64,000 nt of DNA, taken from positions 287,956-351,955 of the forward strand of contig CATOTF010000001.1 in NCBI GenBank assembly GCA_951813045.1, written 5' to 3'. Shown here one piece after another: positions 18,947-29,103 of the stretch (position 1 is its first letter; each line of letters starts with the position of its first letter). The notes under the pieces are model-generated. The model searched no databases, had not been told where the DNA came from, and saw nothing but the letters and a program-made list of their open reading frames with translations. The DNA comes from an uncultured Rhizobiaceae bacterium (lineage in GTDB: Bacteria > Pseudomonadota > Alphaproteobacteria > Rhizobiales > Rhizobiaceae). The translations under genes and the position numbers were made by a program.

Positions 18947-20341
18947 TCAGTTTGCTTTTCGCCCGAACACATGATCCAGCACCAATTGCTTGAAGTCCAC
19001 AGCGGCCACCGGTCCTTCCCCCAACAGGTCTTCGCGTGAGCTTATCACCATTGGCCCGTCATCAGGATCATCCGTCAACCTCCCGTGGGAACCTTTGACG
19101 AGTTTGGTGTCATTCAGCGAGATTACATCCATCAGGTTTCGAAACCCGAGTTTACGTTGCGCAACTTTCAGCCCGGCCTTCAGCTTTGGAAATCTAAGGG
19201 CCGGATCGAAGAATAATTCAACTGGGTCATAACCCGGCTTGCGATGAATATCGACGGTAGTCGCATAATCCGGCGCTTTTTCGTCGTCGAGCCAATAATA
19301 ATAACTGAACCACCGGTCAGCACTGGAAATTGCAACCAGTTCACCGGAGCGGTCGTGGGCAAGTCCAGCGGCGGCTTTGCCTTCGTAATCCAACACCGTT
19401 TCAACACCATCAAGTTGTTCCACGAGTTTTTTTACTTCCAACAACCGATCCGGGGATTTGACGTAGATATGTGCCAGCTGATGGTCAGCAAGCGCAAAGG
19501 CATCTGACGCGCCCGCATCAAAAACGTCACGTCCGAGCTCTTCGCGCGTAGCAATCAGACCCGCTTCACGCAACGCGCGGTTAATATGAATTGCGTCGGT
19601 CACTTCTGTAATGCCGTATTCTGATACCACGATCACATCGCGACCTTCCTTGTCGGCCGCTTCAATTAATTCTCCGCAAAGGTCATCGATCTCCTTGAGG
19701 TCAGCGATAAGTCGAGGATGGGAAAGATCGGGGCCAAGCCTTTGGAGGTTGTAATCAAGGTGCGGAAGATACGTCATTGCAAGTGTCGGTTTGCGGGTGT
19801 CGATGACATGTTGAGTGGCTTTGGCAATCCAGGAGCTGGATTCAATGTCAGCAACGGGGCCCCAGAATTTGAACAGGGGAAACTTCCCAAATTTTGCATC
19901 AAGCTCATCGCGCATCCCTTGGGGATAAGCGTAATGGTCGGGAATCTTCAATCCATTGGCGGGGTACATCGGGCGCGGGGTCGCACTCCAGTCGGCGGTC
20001 GCATACATATTGTACCACCAGAACATCTTGGCGCAGGTGAAATCCGGGTCGCGTTTCTTACCCGCGTCCCAGATTTTTTCGCCATGCACGAGTTGGTTAG
20101 GTTGGCGCCAGAGCAGAACTTCCGACAGATCGCGGAAATACCAGCCGTTCGCGACAGCACCGTGATTTGACGGCAAAGTACCCGTAACCAATGTGGATTG
20201 AACCGTACACGTCACTGCGGGAACGACTGTGGACAATGGCCGGGTACCACCGCGCTCGGCAAGTTTTTTCAAATGGGGCGTGTGCTCGCCAATCAACGAT
20301 GGGGAAAGCCCAACGACAAGGATAACAAGAGTAGGTTGCAT
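18947..20341 (-). CDS. eboF: Nucleotide pyrophosphatase/phosphodiesterase (alkaline-phosphatase superfamily), EboF
   Basis: The track ORF extends to 20461. The likely start is ATG 20341 (MQPTLVILVVGLSP..., the typical beta-strand start of the AP superfamily). It is convergent with eboC. Confidence 0.75.
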   Translation of the reverse strand: MQPTLVILVVGLSPSLIGEHTPHLKKLAERGGTRPLSTVVPAVTCTVQSTLVTGTLPSNHGAVANGWYFRDLSEVLLWRQPNQLVHGEKIWDAGKKRDPDFTCAKMFWWYNMYATADWSATPRPMYPANGLKIPDHYAYPQGMRDELDAKFGKFPLFKFWGPVADIESSSWIAKATQHVIDTRKPTLAMTYLPHLDYNLQRLGPDLSHPRLIADLKEIDDLCGELIEAADKEGRDVIVVSEYGITEVTDAIHINRALREAGLIATREELGRDVFDAGASDAFALADHQLAHIYVKSPDRLLEVKKLVEQLDGVETVLDYEGKAAAGLAHDRSGELVAISSADRWFSYYYWLDDEKAPDYATTVDIHRKPGYDPVELFFDPALRFPKLKAGLKVAQRKLGFRNLMDVISLNDTKLVKGSHGRLTDDPDDGPMVISSREDLLGEGPVAAVDFKQLVLDHVFGRKAN

Positions 20342-20929
20342 AAAAATTGGCTGCCAAATTATCACCCGTCGGGGCTGGTCAACGGAAATGATACAGGGGG
20401 AACGCGCATTGGCAAATGTGTTTTTGAAATCCCCGGGATTCAAATAGATAATTAACATCAATAGTCAAATGGTCACTCACTTATGATAGTGTAAAGTCCA
20501 GCTAAGTGAATGGCGACTTCTAAAATATTGGCCCAACAAAGTCTCGTAAGTCCCAAGGTCGGTAGTGGGCAAGCTGCGGTAAAAACTCGGGTAGAGATGT
20601 TATTCTCACTGGCCTGAGCCTGACATTCCTGCTGTTCGTTTCATGCTGTGCCCGGGCCTATTTTACCGACCTGTCAGGAGCGATTATCGCCCGGGGTGCT
20701 GGCGGTTCCCGGCAAGCTCAAAACCGCCAACACCCGGATTGTGGAATAGTATCGGAAAGCAGGATTGCTGATGAGGTTGGGTCGGTAGATTTGGGTCCAG
20801 GTAATCGCACGCCCTTGCCACTTACCTGGACCACCAAGACATCGCTGTTATCCACCGAAGAATAAATGTGTTGCTTAAAAATATCTATTAGTTATCATTG
20901 AAATGTCAACCAATAGAAATTGATATTTT

Positions 20930-21694
20930 ATGTACGACCCTTCTTCCCCATTGCTGCGCCCTGTTATTTCAGAAGACGGCATTCCCAACCCAGAGGCCAA
21001 GGTTCGTTTTGCCGAGGATCGATTGCTTGATGCGGTGATCTGGTGCGAACTTATGCCGAGTGAGGTGGTGACAGAAGCCGACGTCATGGGTCGTTTCGGA
21101 TTGACCAAGGCTGCGGCTCGTTCCGGCCTGTCGCGGCTTGGATATGACGGGTGGGCGATGCCACAACCACGGACCGGATGGCTGATCCTGCCAGTCAGTG
21201 GAGCATTGATCGGTCACGTTATAGGTGCACGGCGAATCGCGGAAGCAGCGCTGACTGAACTGGCTCTTGATGCTTCTGCGCGCGAAGAGCTTGAGCAAGT
21301 TGGGCGCGTACTCGCAGCCACTGATGGGCAAAATGATGCTGGCCTTGTTCGAACCATTAATCATTATCTCAACCGCATTGACGGAATAATGCTGGAAAAC
21401 AGCAATCCGTTTACAGCGCGCCACCTGCGCAAATTGTGGCACCACACGGCTCGGGTCACCCATTATTTTGAAGAGAGTGGCGCGCAACAAAGTTTTAGGC
21501 GCACGGATGGGTCGACGTTGATTCAGGCACTGTGCGCAGGTGACGGGAATGCAATCCGAGCTGCCCGCACGGCGCTGCTCGATGCCCAGGAAACATTCTT
21601 CATGCGCCAATTGCTGCGCGATGAAACACCACTGTCGCGACCAGGGCTGACCTCAAATCGTAAATCGACAACCCAGAACAGGAGAAACCTATGA
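20930..21694 (+). CDS. GntR-like transcriptional regulator (wHTH plus FCD-like domain)
   Basis: 254-aa ORF. The segment EADVMGRFGLTKAAARSGLSRLGYDGWA resembles a GntR wHTH. Its stop overlaps the start of the downstream SBP gene. Confidence 0.55.
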   Translation: MYDPSSPLLRPVISEDGIPNPEAKVRFAEDRLLDAVIWCELMPSEVVTEADVMGRFGLTKAAARSGLSRLGYDGWAMPQPRTGWLILPVSGALIGHVIGARRIAEAALTELALDASAREELEQVGRVLAATDGQNDAGLVRTINHYLNRIDGIMLENSNPFTARHLRKLWHHTARVTHYFEESGAQQSFRRTDGSTLIQALCAGDGNAIRAARTALLDAQETFFMRQLLRDETPLSRPGLTSNRKSTTQNRRNL

Positions 21695-23181
21695 CACACA
21701 TATTGAAACGTCTTTTAACCGCTGTTGCGGTTGTGGCGCTTGCGTCACCGGCATTTGCGCGGGATATCACCGTCGACCTTGCGGGAGAGCCGTCATCACT
21801 TGACCCTCATTTGCAATGGAATCCCGATAGTTATTACGTCTACCGTAATATTTTCGACAATTTGGTAACCCGCGATAATGACGGCAAGATTGCACCTCAA
21901 ATTGCAACAAGCTGGAATCAGATTTCCGACACCCAATTGGAACTTACCATTCGTGAGGGCGTGACTTTTCATGATGGATCGCCGCTGACGCCCGAAGATG
22001 TGGTGTATTCGGTCAAACGCATCACCAACCCGGATTTTGGTTCACCGCAACTGGGCCAGTTTAATCAGATAACCGACGCAAAGATTGTTGACGGTTCCAA
22101 GGTCATGCTCACCACGGCGGGGCCATACCCCGCGTTGATGGCGCAATTGGTTAAACTGTCAATCGTACCCAAAAAGATCGTTGAGAAACTCGGCAAGGAC
22201 GCCTTCAACGCTGCCCCGGTCGGCTCAGGCCCCTATGCGTTTAATAAGTGGAGCCGCGGCGTATCCGTCACCCTTAACCGAAACGACGCTTATTGGGGCG
22301 CGGCCGGCCCGTTTGAGAATGCTATCTTTCGCGCTGTCCCGGACGCGGCTACCCGGGTAGCAGACCTTCTGGCGGGCACGGCAGACCTGGTGGTCAGCAT
22401 TGACTCTGACGCGGGCATTCAACTCAAAGGAAATGCCAAGGTCAAACTCCTTTCCGCTCCAACCGAGCGTGTTGGATATGTCGGGCTGAACCTCGATAAA
22501 CCGCCGTTTAATGACCCGGACCTGCGCAAAGCGGCAAGTCTCGCCATCGACCGGCTCGGCATAACTGAGGGCCTGCTACAGGCCGGTGAAGTGCCAATGG
22601 CACAAATGGCGAGCCCCGCTCATTTCGGTTATTCACCCGATATTCCGGCATTCGAGTATGATCCGGCAAAGGCGAAAGAGCTAACGGCGGCCAAGTCTGA
22701 ACTGGCTTCAACGCCCGCCACATTGGCAACTGCGCCGGTGTTTGATCAACGTATCGTGCAAGCAGTTCAACAGATGCTGAACGATGTGGGGTTCAATGTA
22801 TCCATTAGCATGACGGACATGCCGACATATCTGAACATCGTGCGTTCCGAGCCTGCGGAAAACTCCGAACTCAGCTTCGGACGCTGGTCGTGCGCCTGTC
22901 AGGATGCGGACGGAATCACCTATCCTACCCTGCACTCCAAAAGCCGGTGGTCGCGGGTGAATGTACCGGAAATTGATGCCCTGTTGGAAAAGGCGCGCGT
23001 GTCGCTTGATGTCAAGACCCGTCAGAATGCCTATACCAAAGTGCATCAGATGGTACGGGAGAACCACTATCTGTTACCGATGTATCAGGCTGCGGTTTTA
23101 TATGGGTCATCTTCTGATCTTGAGTTTATGCCAACGGCCAATGAAAGCATGTTCCTCAATCGTATGAGCATTTCTGAGTAA
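21691..23181 (+). CDS. ABC transporter substrate-binding protein, family 5 (peptide/nickel type)
   Basis: 496-aa ORF with a signal peptide (LLTAVAVVALASPAFA) and family-5 SBP features (YRNIFDNLV, GPY.F..W). Confidence 0.9.
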   Translation: MTHILKRLLTAVAVVALASPAFARDITVDLAGEPSSLDPHLQWNPDSYYVYRNIFDNLVTRDNDGKIAPQIATSWNQISDTQLELTIREGVTFHDGSPLTPEDVVYSVKRITNPDFGSPQLGQFNQITDAKIVDGSKVMLTTAGPYPALMAQLVKLSIVPKKIVEKLGKDAFNAAPVGSGPYAFNKWSRGVSVTLNRNDAYWGAAGPFENAIFRAVPDAATRVADLLAGTADLVVSIDSDAGIQLKGNAKVKLLSAPTERVGYVGLNLDKPPFNDPDLRKAASLAIDRLGITEGLLQAGEVPMAQMASPAHFGYSPDIPAFEYDPAKAKELTAAKSELASTPATLATAPVFDQRIVQAVQQMLNDVGFNVSISMTDMPTYLNIVRSEPAENSELSFGRWSCACQDADGITYPTLHSKSRWSRVNVPEIDALLEKARVSLDVKTRQNAYTKVHQMVRENHYLLPMYQAAVLYGSSSDLEFMPTANESMFLNRMSISE

Positions 23182-23182
23182 C

Positions 23183-24109
23183 ATGCTGCGGTTTCTGCTC
23201 AATCGTGGTGGACAGGCGCTGATTGCCGCTTTCGGAGTTGTGACGCTGGTGTTTTTTATCCAGCGTCTCTCCGGTGATCCGACCGCACTCCTGTTGCCGG
23301 AAACCGCGACCCAGGCCGATATCGATGCCATGCGCGTGACGCTTGGCCTCGATCGCCCGCTCATCGTGCAATATTGGGCGTTTTTGAGTGATCTACTGCG
23401 GTTCGACCTTGGCCGTAGCTTTGTCCAGAACGCGGATGTGTGGGATATCGTGTCGAGCCGAATTCCAAAGACACTGCAACTCGCGTTTGGAGCACTTGTC
23501 GTCGCATTGCTCATCGGCCTGCCGATGGGGTTGATCATGGCGATCACGCGGGGAAAACACGTTTCGAAATTCATCATGTGGATTGTGCTGGCGTGCCAAT
23601 CGATGCCGACCTTCTGGTCAGGAATCATGATGATCCTTGTATTCGGTGTCTGGTTAAGATGGTTGCCATCTTCTGGAACCGGGACATTTGCCCATTTGAT
23701 CATGCCGTCTATTGCGCTTGGCTTATTGTCGCTGGCAACCTATGCCCGCATTACCCGCGCTGCGGTTTTGGACGAGTTGGGCAAGGATTATGTTCGTTCC
23801 GCGCGCGCCCGTGGCGTGCGGACCGGGCGGCTGGTGCGACACCATTTGCTGCGCAATTCGATGATCCCGATCATTTCTATCACCGCCCTGGAATTGTCAC
23901 AACTTCTGGCAGGTGCGGTGATTGTCGAGACGGTATTTGCCTGGCCCGGACTGGGATTGTTGACTGTACAAAGCATTGCCGCGCGCGATTTTGTGGTGGT
24001 TCAAACCATTGTCCTGATGGGCGCGTTTGTGACGATATTCGCAAATCTAGCGGCGGATATTCTTTATTCTGTTGTAGACCCGCGTGTGCGACTGGCAGGT
24101 CAGTCATGA
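23183..24109 (+). CDS. ABC transporter permease (DppB/OppB-like)
   Basis: 308-aa ORF starting MLRFLLNRGGQALI with the EAA-loop region YVRSARARGV. Confidence 0.9.
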   Translation: MLRFLLNRGGQALIAAFGVVTLVFFIQRLSGDPTALLLPETATQADIDAMRVTLGLDRPLIVQYWAFLSDLLRFDLGRSFVQNADVWDIVSSRIPKTLQLAFGALVVALLIGLPMGLIMAITRGKHVSKFIMWIVLACQSMPTFWSGIMMILVFGVWLRWLPSSGTGTFAHLIMPSIALGLLSLATYARITRAAVLDELGKDYVRSARARGVRTGRLVRHHLLRNSMIPIISITALELSQLLAGAVIVETVFAWPGLGLLTVQSIAARDFVVVQTIVLMGAFVTIFANLAADILYSVVDPRVRLAGQS

Positions 24110-24942
24110 CGGGGAGAGGGGCGACATTTAAGTCAACACTGACTTGGTGGCCGGCAGGGTTGTTGCTGGTGCTGGTCATCTGCGCAGTGTTTGCATATTG
24201 GCTGGCGCCTTTTGATCCGGACCGTCAGAATCTTCTGGGCCGTCTTAAACCGCCCGGGTTTGAGGCACGCGGTAAAGTCTTTCTGCTGGGGTCAGATGAA
24301 TTGGGCCGCGATGTGCTCTCCCGCCTGATCTATGGCGCACGTGTATCTCTATTGGTCGCCGCGCTGTCCGTTCTTTTGTCGGGATTCGTCGGTGTCACCG
24401 TGGGCATGGCTGCTGGCTATCTGCGAGGCTGGATAGAAACCATCCTGATGCGTTTGGTCGATATTTTTCTGTCCATTCCGGCTATCCTGCTGGCAATTAT
24501 TACAGTGGCGGTTCTGGGACCAGGATTTATCAATGTGGTGCTGGTGCTGGCGCTGACAAGATGGCCCCGTTACGCGCGGGTTGCCTATGGTCAAACGCTC
24601 GCCATTGCCGGGCGACCGTTCGTGACCCTTGCACGGTCGATGGGGGCAAGTCCCCTGCGCGTTCTGGCGCTTCACATTCTGCCCAATATTGTTGGGCCTC
24701 TCCTGGTCGTTGCGACTTTGGAGTTTGGCTTGATGGTTCTTTTTGAAGCCGGTCTTTCGTTCCTTGGATTGGGCGTGCAACCACCAACCGCGAGTTGGGG
24801 GTCCATGCTCTCCACCGGTCGCAACTATATCGCAACTGCGTGGTGGATCGCCATGTTCCCGGGGTTCGCGCTGTTTTTACTGGTCCTGAGCGCAAACCTT
24901 ATTGGCGACCGGTTTGGCGATCGTATTGGAGATGGAAGATAA
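24106..24942 (+). CDS. ABC transporter permease (DppC/OppC-like)
   Basis: True start at ATG 24106 (ATGA overlap with the previous stop). The 5' 222 codons of track ORF 23440..24942 overlap the preceding permease in another frame. Confidence 0.9.
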   Translation: MTGRGATFKSTLTWWPAGLLLVLVICAVFAYWLAPFDPDRQNLLGRLKPPGFEARGKVFLLGSDELGRDVLSRLIYGARVSLLVAALSVLLSGFVGVTVGMAAGYLRGWIETILMRLVDIFLSIPAILLAIITVAVLGPGFINVVLVLALTRWPRYARVAYGQTLAIAGRPFVTLARSMGASPLRVLALHILPNIVGPLLVVATLEFGLMVLFEAGLSFLGLGVQPPTASWGSMLSTGRNYIATAWWIAMFPGFALFLLVLSANLIGDRFGDRIGDGR

Positions 24943-25700
24943 TGAATTTTGGAGATGAATTTAATGGAAAACGGGTGGTGATTACCGGGGCAGCTGGGAT
25001 CATGGGTCGTGCGCTGGTGAGTCAATTCACGGAAGCTGGTGCGGTCGTTTGTGCAACGGATCATAATGCAGAAAATCTTGACGGGTTTTGTGCTGCAGCC
25101 GATTTGACGACTGACACTGGGCTGACAGCATTAATGGATGCGGTGAAAAAAGAATGGGGCGCTCCCGATGTAGTGGTCAATAATGCAGCGCTCTACCCGT
25201 CATCCTTTCTGCTGGATATGCAGGTTGCCGACTGGGACAGGATCATGGATGTCAATGTGCGTGCGCCATTTGTGTTGATGCGCGGTTTCGCATTGCAGAT
25301 GATTGCCCAAGAGACACAAGGCTGTTTCATCAATATCTCCTCGGGTGCTGCCCGCAAGATGCGGCGTACAGCCGTGACGTATTGCATGTCAAAAACTGCC
25401 CTCGACCGCATGACCAAGGGTTTTGCATTGGAACTTGCCGAATACGGTATTCGCATAAACTGCCTTGAACCAGGATTTGCGTCGGGTAGCGCTGTGTCGT
25501 CCCTGTCTGATGAACATATAAGCCGTGTGATGGCCGCCACCCCCCTTCGAACGGAAACGACGGCAGATGATATCGGGCAAGCCGCGCTTTATCTGGCCTC
25601 GTCGGCGGCTAAAAACGTCACGGGAACATCGCTCTCCGTAGATGGCGGGAATTCCGCTGGAACCATGGACGTCTATCAGGAAAAGAAGGCGGCGCTATGA
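24942..25700 (+). CDS. SDR-family oxidoreductase
   Basis: Start at ATG 24942 (MNFGDEFNGKRVVITGAAGIMGRAL). It has the TGxxxGxG cofactor motif and the catalytic YCMSK (YxxxK). Confidence 0.85.
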   Translation: MNFGDEFNGKRVVITGAAGIMGRALVSQFTEAGAVVCATDHNAENLDGFCAAADLTTDTGLTALMDAVKKEWGAPDVVVNNAALYPSSFLLDMQVADWDRIMDVNVRAPFVLMRGFALQMIAQETQGCFINISSGAARKMRRTAVTYCMSKTALDRMTKGFALELAEYGIRINCLEPGFASGSAVSSLSDEHISRVMAATPLRTETTADDIGQAALYLASSAAKNVTGTSLSVDGGNSAGTMDVYQEKKAAL

Positions 25701-26557
25701 ACTGGGACCCATCCCCATACCCATGGCCGGAACCTTATCGGGCCGCTGCATGTTTCAGCGTCGATGTTGACGCGACTGCACCCCATCTATGGCAACATAG
25801 GGATGGGTTACCGGCAACGCTTGCAGCGCTCGAACACCGCCAATACGGCATGCGTAGAGGGCTTGCGCGGATGGTTACCATGCTGGAACGGGTGGGCATT
25901 ACCGGCACATTCTTCGTGCCCGGTGTTGTTGCCGAGGAGAACCCAGAGCTACTTCCAGGATTATTGGAACGTAATCAGGAAATCGCCCTTCACGGATATT
26001 TTCACGAGCTGGTCGGTGATATTTCTGATGCTCAGTTCACCGATGCGCTGGAAAGATCACTGGAGCTGTTCGTTGCGCAAACAGGGCTACGCCCCACCGG
26101 CTTCCGCTCTCCAGCCTGGGAGATGACACCGCATATGCTGAGGGAATTGGCGAGACTCGACCTTTGGGATAGCAGCCTGATGGGCGAAGATGTGCCTTAC
26201 AATATTGGCGGCGTAACGGAACTCCCGGTTAGGTGGGATAATGATGATGCCATCTTCTTCAAGTTCCTTGGTGCTGGAGACCGCCCACCGCAATCTGACC
26301 ATGAAGTCGCAAAACAATGGTGCGAGGATGCCATTTCCCAAACTGACGATGGATGTCTGTTCATGTTGACCGTACACGACTGGATATCGGGGCGCACGAA
26401 CCGGGTGGCGATGCTGGAGGAGCTCTTGAAAACGCTGTCCGAACGCCCGCATGTCTGGATCGCGAGTTGTGACGCATTGGCGAAATACCACGCGACACTC
26501 GAAGGTCGTCTGGACGTATCTTTAGATGATATCCGGCCAATCGAAGGGAGGGTTTGA
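25697..26557 (+). CDS. Polysaccharide deacetylase (NodB-homology) family protein
   Basis: 286-aa ORF with FSVDVD...FFVPG...EIALHGYFHE motifs of the NodB domain. No signal peptide is apparent. Confidence 0.7.
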   Translation: MNWDPSPYPWPEPYRAAACFSVDVDATAPHLWQHRDGLPATLAALEHRQYGMRRGLARMVTMLERVGITGTFFVPGVVAEENPELLPGLLERNQEIALHGYFHELVGDISDAQFTDALERSLELFVAQTGLRPTGFRSPAWEMTPHMLRELARLDLWDSSLMGEDVPYNIGGVTELPVRWDNDDAIFFKFLGAGDRPPQSDHEVAKQWCEDAISQTDDGCLFMLTVHDWISGRTNRVAMLEELLKTLSERPHVWIASCDALAKYHATLEGRLDVSLDDIRPIEGRV

Positions 26558-26560
26558 ACG

Positions 26561-28153
26561 ATGAACAACCACGAAGCGATACAGAATTCTTCACGAGCAC
26601 CCGCCCCGCACCAATATTGGTCGATCACCAAACCGCAGGTCGAAGGCCATGGTGGTATTGTCGCGGCGCAACACTTTGAAGCTGCGCAAGTTGGTGCTGA
26701 TATCCTGTCTAATGGTGGTAATGCAATGGATGCGGCGGTCGCGACAGCCATTGCCCTTTCCGTCGTGGAGCCATGGCTCTCCGGACTGGGTGGCGGCGGG
26801 TTTTTGTTACATGCTGATAAAGACGGGCAGGTTGATACGCTGGACTTCAACATGCGCGCACCCGGCGCAATTGACCCTGACGATTACCCTTTAACGGGGA
26901 GCGAAGGTGGCGATTGGTTCAACTGGCCATCTGTCGAAGATGACCGTAATTTGGTCGGCCCGCTTTCGATCTGTGTGCCGGGTGTCGTATCCGGCCTGGC
27001 TTCGGCCCTTGAAAAATATGGTACGTTTAGTTGGGCTGACGTTAGCGCGCCTGCAATCGCCCTGGTGGAAAGGGGCATGCTGGTTGACTGGTTTGCACAA
27101 TTGGTCTTTGCCATCGACACGCCGGATTTATCCCGAACGGCTGCCGCGAAGAACCTGTTTTTGAATCCCTCCCGGTTGCGCGGAGATTCCTCAGACCCAA
27201 CTGCTGTTTTCCTGCCCATGCCCGCGAAAGCTGCGATGCTGCGGCGGTTGGCCGAAGTGGGCCCACAGGATTTTTACGAAGGTGAAACGGCCGGATCTCT
27301 CATTCGTGATTTGCAGGCGGCGGGTTCAAAAATCACCGCGCAGGATTTAGCGGGATACTCACCAGTGTGGGTGCCATCGGAGAGTGCTGCTTATCGGGAT
27401 CGGCAAATTCACACGATGTCGGGCCTGTCCGGTGGCCCCAGTCTGCTAGCTTCCTTGGAGGAGCTTTCTAAATTCGATCTGGCTGAATTGGATGAAGCAC
27501 AATTTGCCGCTCACCATGCTAACGCCATTCGCGGTGCCTATGAGGTGCGGCTTAAACAGATGGGACATGCGGCGGCGGCGCAAGACTGTACGAGCCATCT
27601 CAGCGTCATCGACAAGTCGGGCAATATGGTGTCGCTGACCAATACGCTGCTATCCCGGTTCGGGTCAAAGATCGTAGCCCCGTCGCTCGATCTGCTCATG
27701 AACAACGGGATGATGTGGTTCGACCCAAGACCGGGCCAACCAAATTCGATTGCTCCAGGCGCCACACCGCTTGCCAATATGACCCCGGTGATCACAACGA
27801 AAGACGGGCTTCCCGATATCGCGATTGGTGCTGCCGGGGGGCGACAGATTTTTCCAGCGCTAGTTCAACTGTTGTCACGGTTGATCGACCGTAAAGACAC
27901 ACCGGAACTGGCAATCCATGCACCTCGTATTGACGCGAGCACCCCGTTGATCGTGATCAACCGTGCCGCCTCGCCGGATACGGCAGCCACCATCGCTGCG
28001 CATCATGCGGTACAGATTTCGGAAGACAGCCTTTATCCTGTTCAATTTGCTATCCCGTCTATGGTACAGGCGGGGCGTAACGGGGCACCCAATATTGGAG
28101 CGGTTCATCCCAATAACCCCTGGACTACTGCGAAAAGAGAGGGTGGGTCGTGA
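26561..28153 (+). CDS. Gamma-glutamyltransferase family protein (no signal peptide apparent)
   Basis: 530-aa ORF with GGNAMDAAVATAIALSVVEP and the autoprocessing/nucleophile region DCTSHLSVIDKSGNMVSLTNTL (Thr retained). Confidence 0.85.
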   Translation: MNNHEAIQNSSRAPAPHQYWSITKPQVEGHGGIVAAQHFEAAQVGADILSNGGNAMDAAVATAIALSVVEPWLSGLGGGGFLLHADKDGQVDTLDFNMRAPGAIDPDDYPLTGSEGGDWFNWPSVEDDRNLVGPLSICVPGVVSGLASALEKYGTFSWADVSAPAIALVERGMLVDWFAQLVFAIDTPDLSRTAAAKNLFLNPSRLRGDSSDPTAVFLPMPAKAAMLRRLAEVGPQDFYEGETAGSLIRDLQAAGSKITAQDLAGYSPVWVPSESAAYRDRQIHTMSGLSGGPSLLASLEELSKFDLAELDEAQFAAHHANAIRGAYEVRLKQMGHAAAAQDCTSHLSVIDKSGNMVSLTNTLLSRFGSKIVAPSLDLLMNNGMMWFDPRPGQPNSIAPGATPLANMTPVITTKDGLPDIAIGAAGGRQIFPALVQLLSRLIDRKDTPELAIHAPRIDASTPLIVINRAASPDTAATIAAHHAVQISEDSLYPVQFAIPSMVQAGRNGAPNIGAVHPNNPWTTAKREGGS

Positions 28154-29103
28154 CACTATTGGCCATTCAGGATCTGTCCGTGAGGGCAGGGGACCTATCC
28201 CTCGTGGATGGCGTTACGCTTGACGTTGGCGCGGGTGAGGTTGTGGCTCTTGTGGGAGAAAGCGGTTCGGGTAAATCTTTAACTGCGCTCTCGGTAATGG
28301 GGCTTCTTGGCGACGGCCTGACCATAGAGAGTGGCTCAATCACCTTGGGTGAGGCCAATCTGTCCGGTGCATCAGCCTCCGTAATGAGTGAATTGCGGGG
28401 TAACGAGATTGCGATGATATTTCAGGAACCGGTTTCGTCCTTAAACCCGCTGGTGCCAGTTGGCGCGCAGGTCGCGGAAAGCCTGATCGTACATGGTCGT
28501 GCAACCGCAGAAGAGGCAAAAGCACAAGCAATTGACATGCTGCGTCAGGTCGGAATCCCCGAACCGGAAAGCCGTGCGCGACAGTTGCCAGCGGAATTGT
28601 CCGGCGGAATGTGCCAGAGGGTCATGATTGCAGCTGCGTTTATCTCAAAACCTCGGCTTTTAATCGCTGACGAACCAACTACCGCACTGGATGTCACAAT
28701 TCAGGCGCAGATACTTGAACTGATGAGTGCGCTGACCACCGAGACCGGAACCGCGATCCTGTTGATTACCCACGACATGGGCGTCGTGGCCGAACTCGCG
28801 GATCGTGTTTGCGTAATGTATGGTGGATGCGTGGTGGAACAGGGGCCGGTGGATACGATCTTCGCAAAACCCCGGCACCCTTACACCCGCATGTTACTCA
28901 ACACGCTGCCACGCCTCGACGAAGAACCGAAAGGCGAGCTGTTTGCTATTCCGGGCAATGTGCCCAGCCCTCAAGACTGGCCGTCGGGATGCCGTTTCCA
29001 AACCCGATGTGACAGGCCGACAGCGGCGTGTTTCGAGCGCCCTGAACTTCAGGGAGATGCCCATCGTTTCGCCTGTTTCCACCCAACGGGAGTGGCGTCA
29101 TGA
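28150..29103 (+). CDS. ABC transporter ATP-binding protein (DppD/OppD-like)
   Basis: Walker A GESGSGKS, signature LSGGMCQR, Walker [13 protein letters not shown]. Confidence 0.9.
   Translation: MTLLAIQDLSVRAGDLSLVDGVTLDVGAGEVVALVGESGSGKSLTALSVMGLLGDGLTIESGSITLGEANLSGASASVMSELRGNEIAMIFQEPVSSLNPLVPVGAQVAESLIVHGRATAEEAKAQAIDMLRQVGIPEPESRARQLPAELSGGMCQRVMIAAAFISKPRLLIADEPTTALDVTIQAQILELMSALTTETGTAILLITHDMGVVAELADRVCVMYGGCVVEQGPVDTIFAKPRHPYTRMLLNTLPRLDEEPKGELFAIPGNVPSPQDWPSGCRFQTRCDRPTAACFERPELQGDAHRFACFHPTGVAS

Noticed and set aside
20566-20865. A 100-codon open frame in the 590-bp eboF/regulator intergenic region. It contains a lipoprotein-like segment (LTGLSLTFLLFVSCCA).
   Set aside because: There is no ATG, GTG or TTG start in frame, no RBS and no recognisable family. 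It may be a decayed gene or chance. I am not confident enough to annotate it.
23440-24105. The 5' 222 codons of track ORF 23440..24942, which would give a 500-aa protein.
   Set aside because: This part overlaps the preceding permease gene in another frame and has an Arg/Cys/His-rich nonsense composition. The recognisable DppC-like permease starts at ATG 24106, coupled to the upstream stop.
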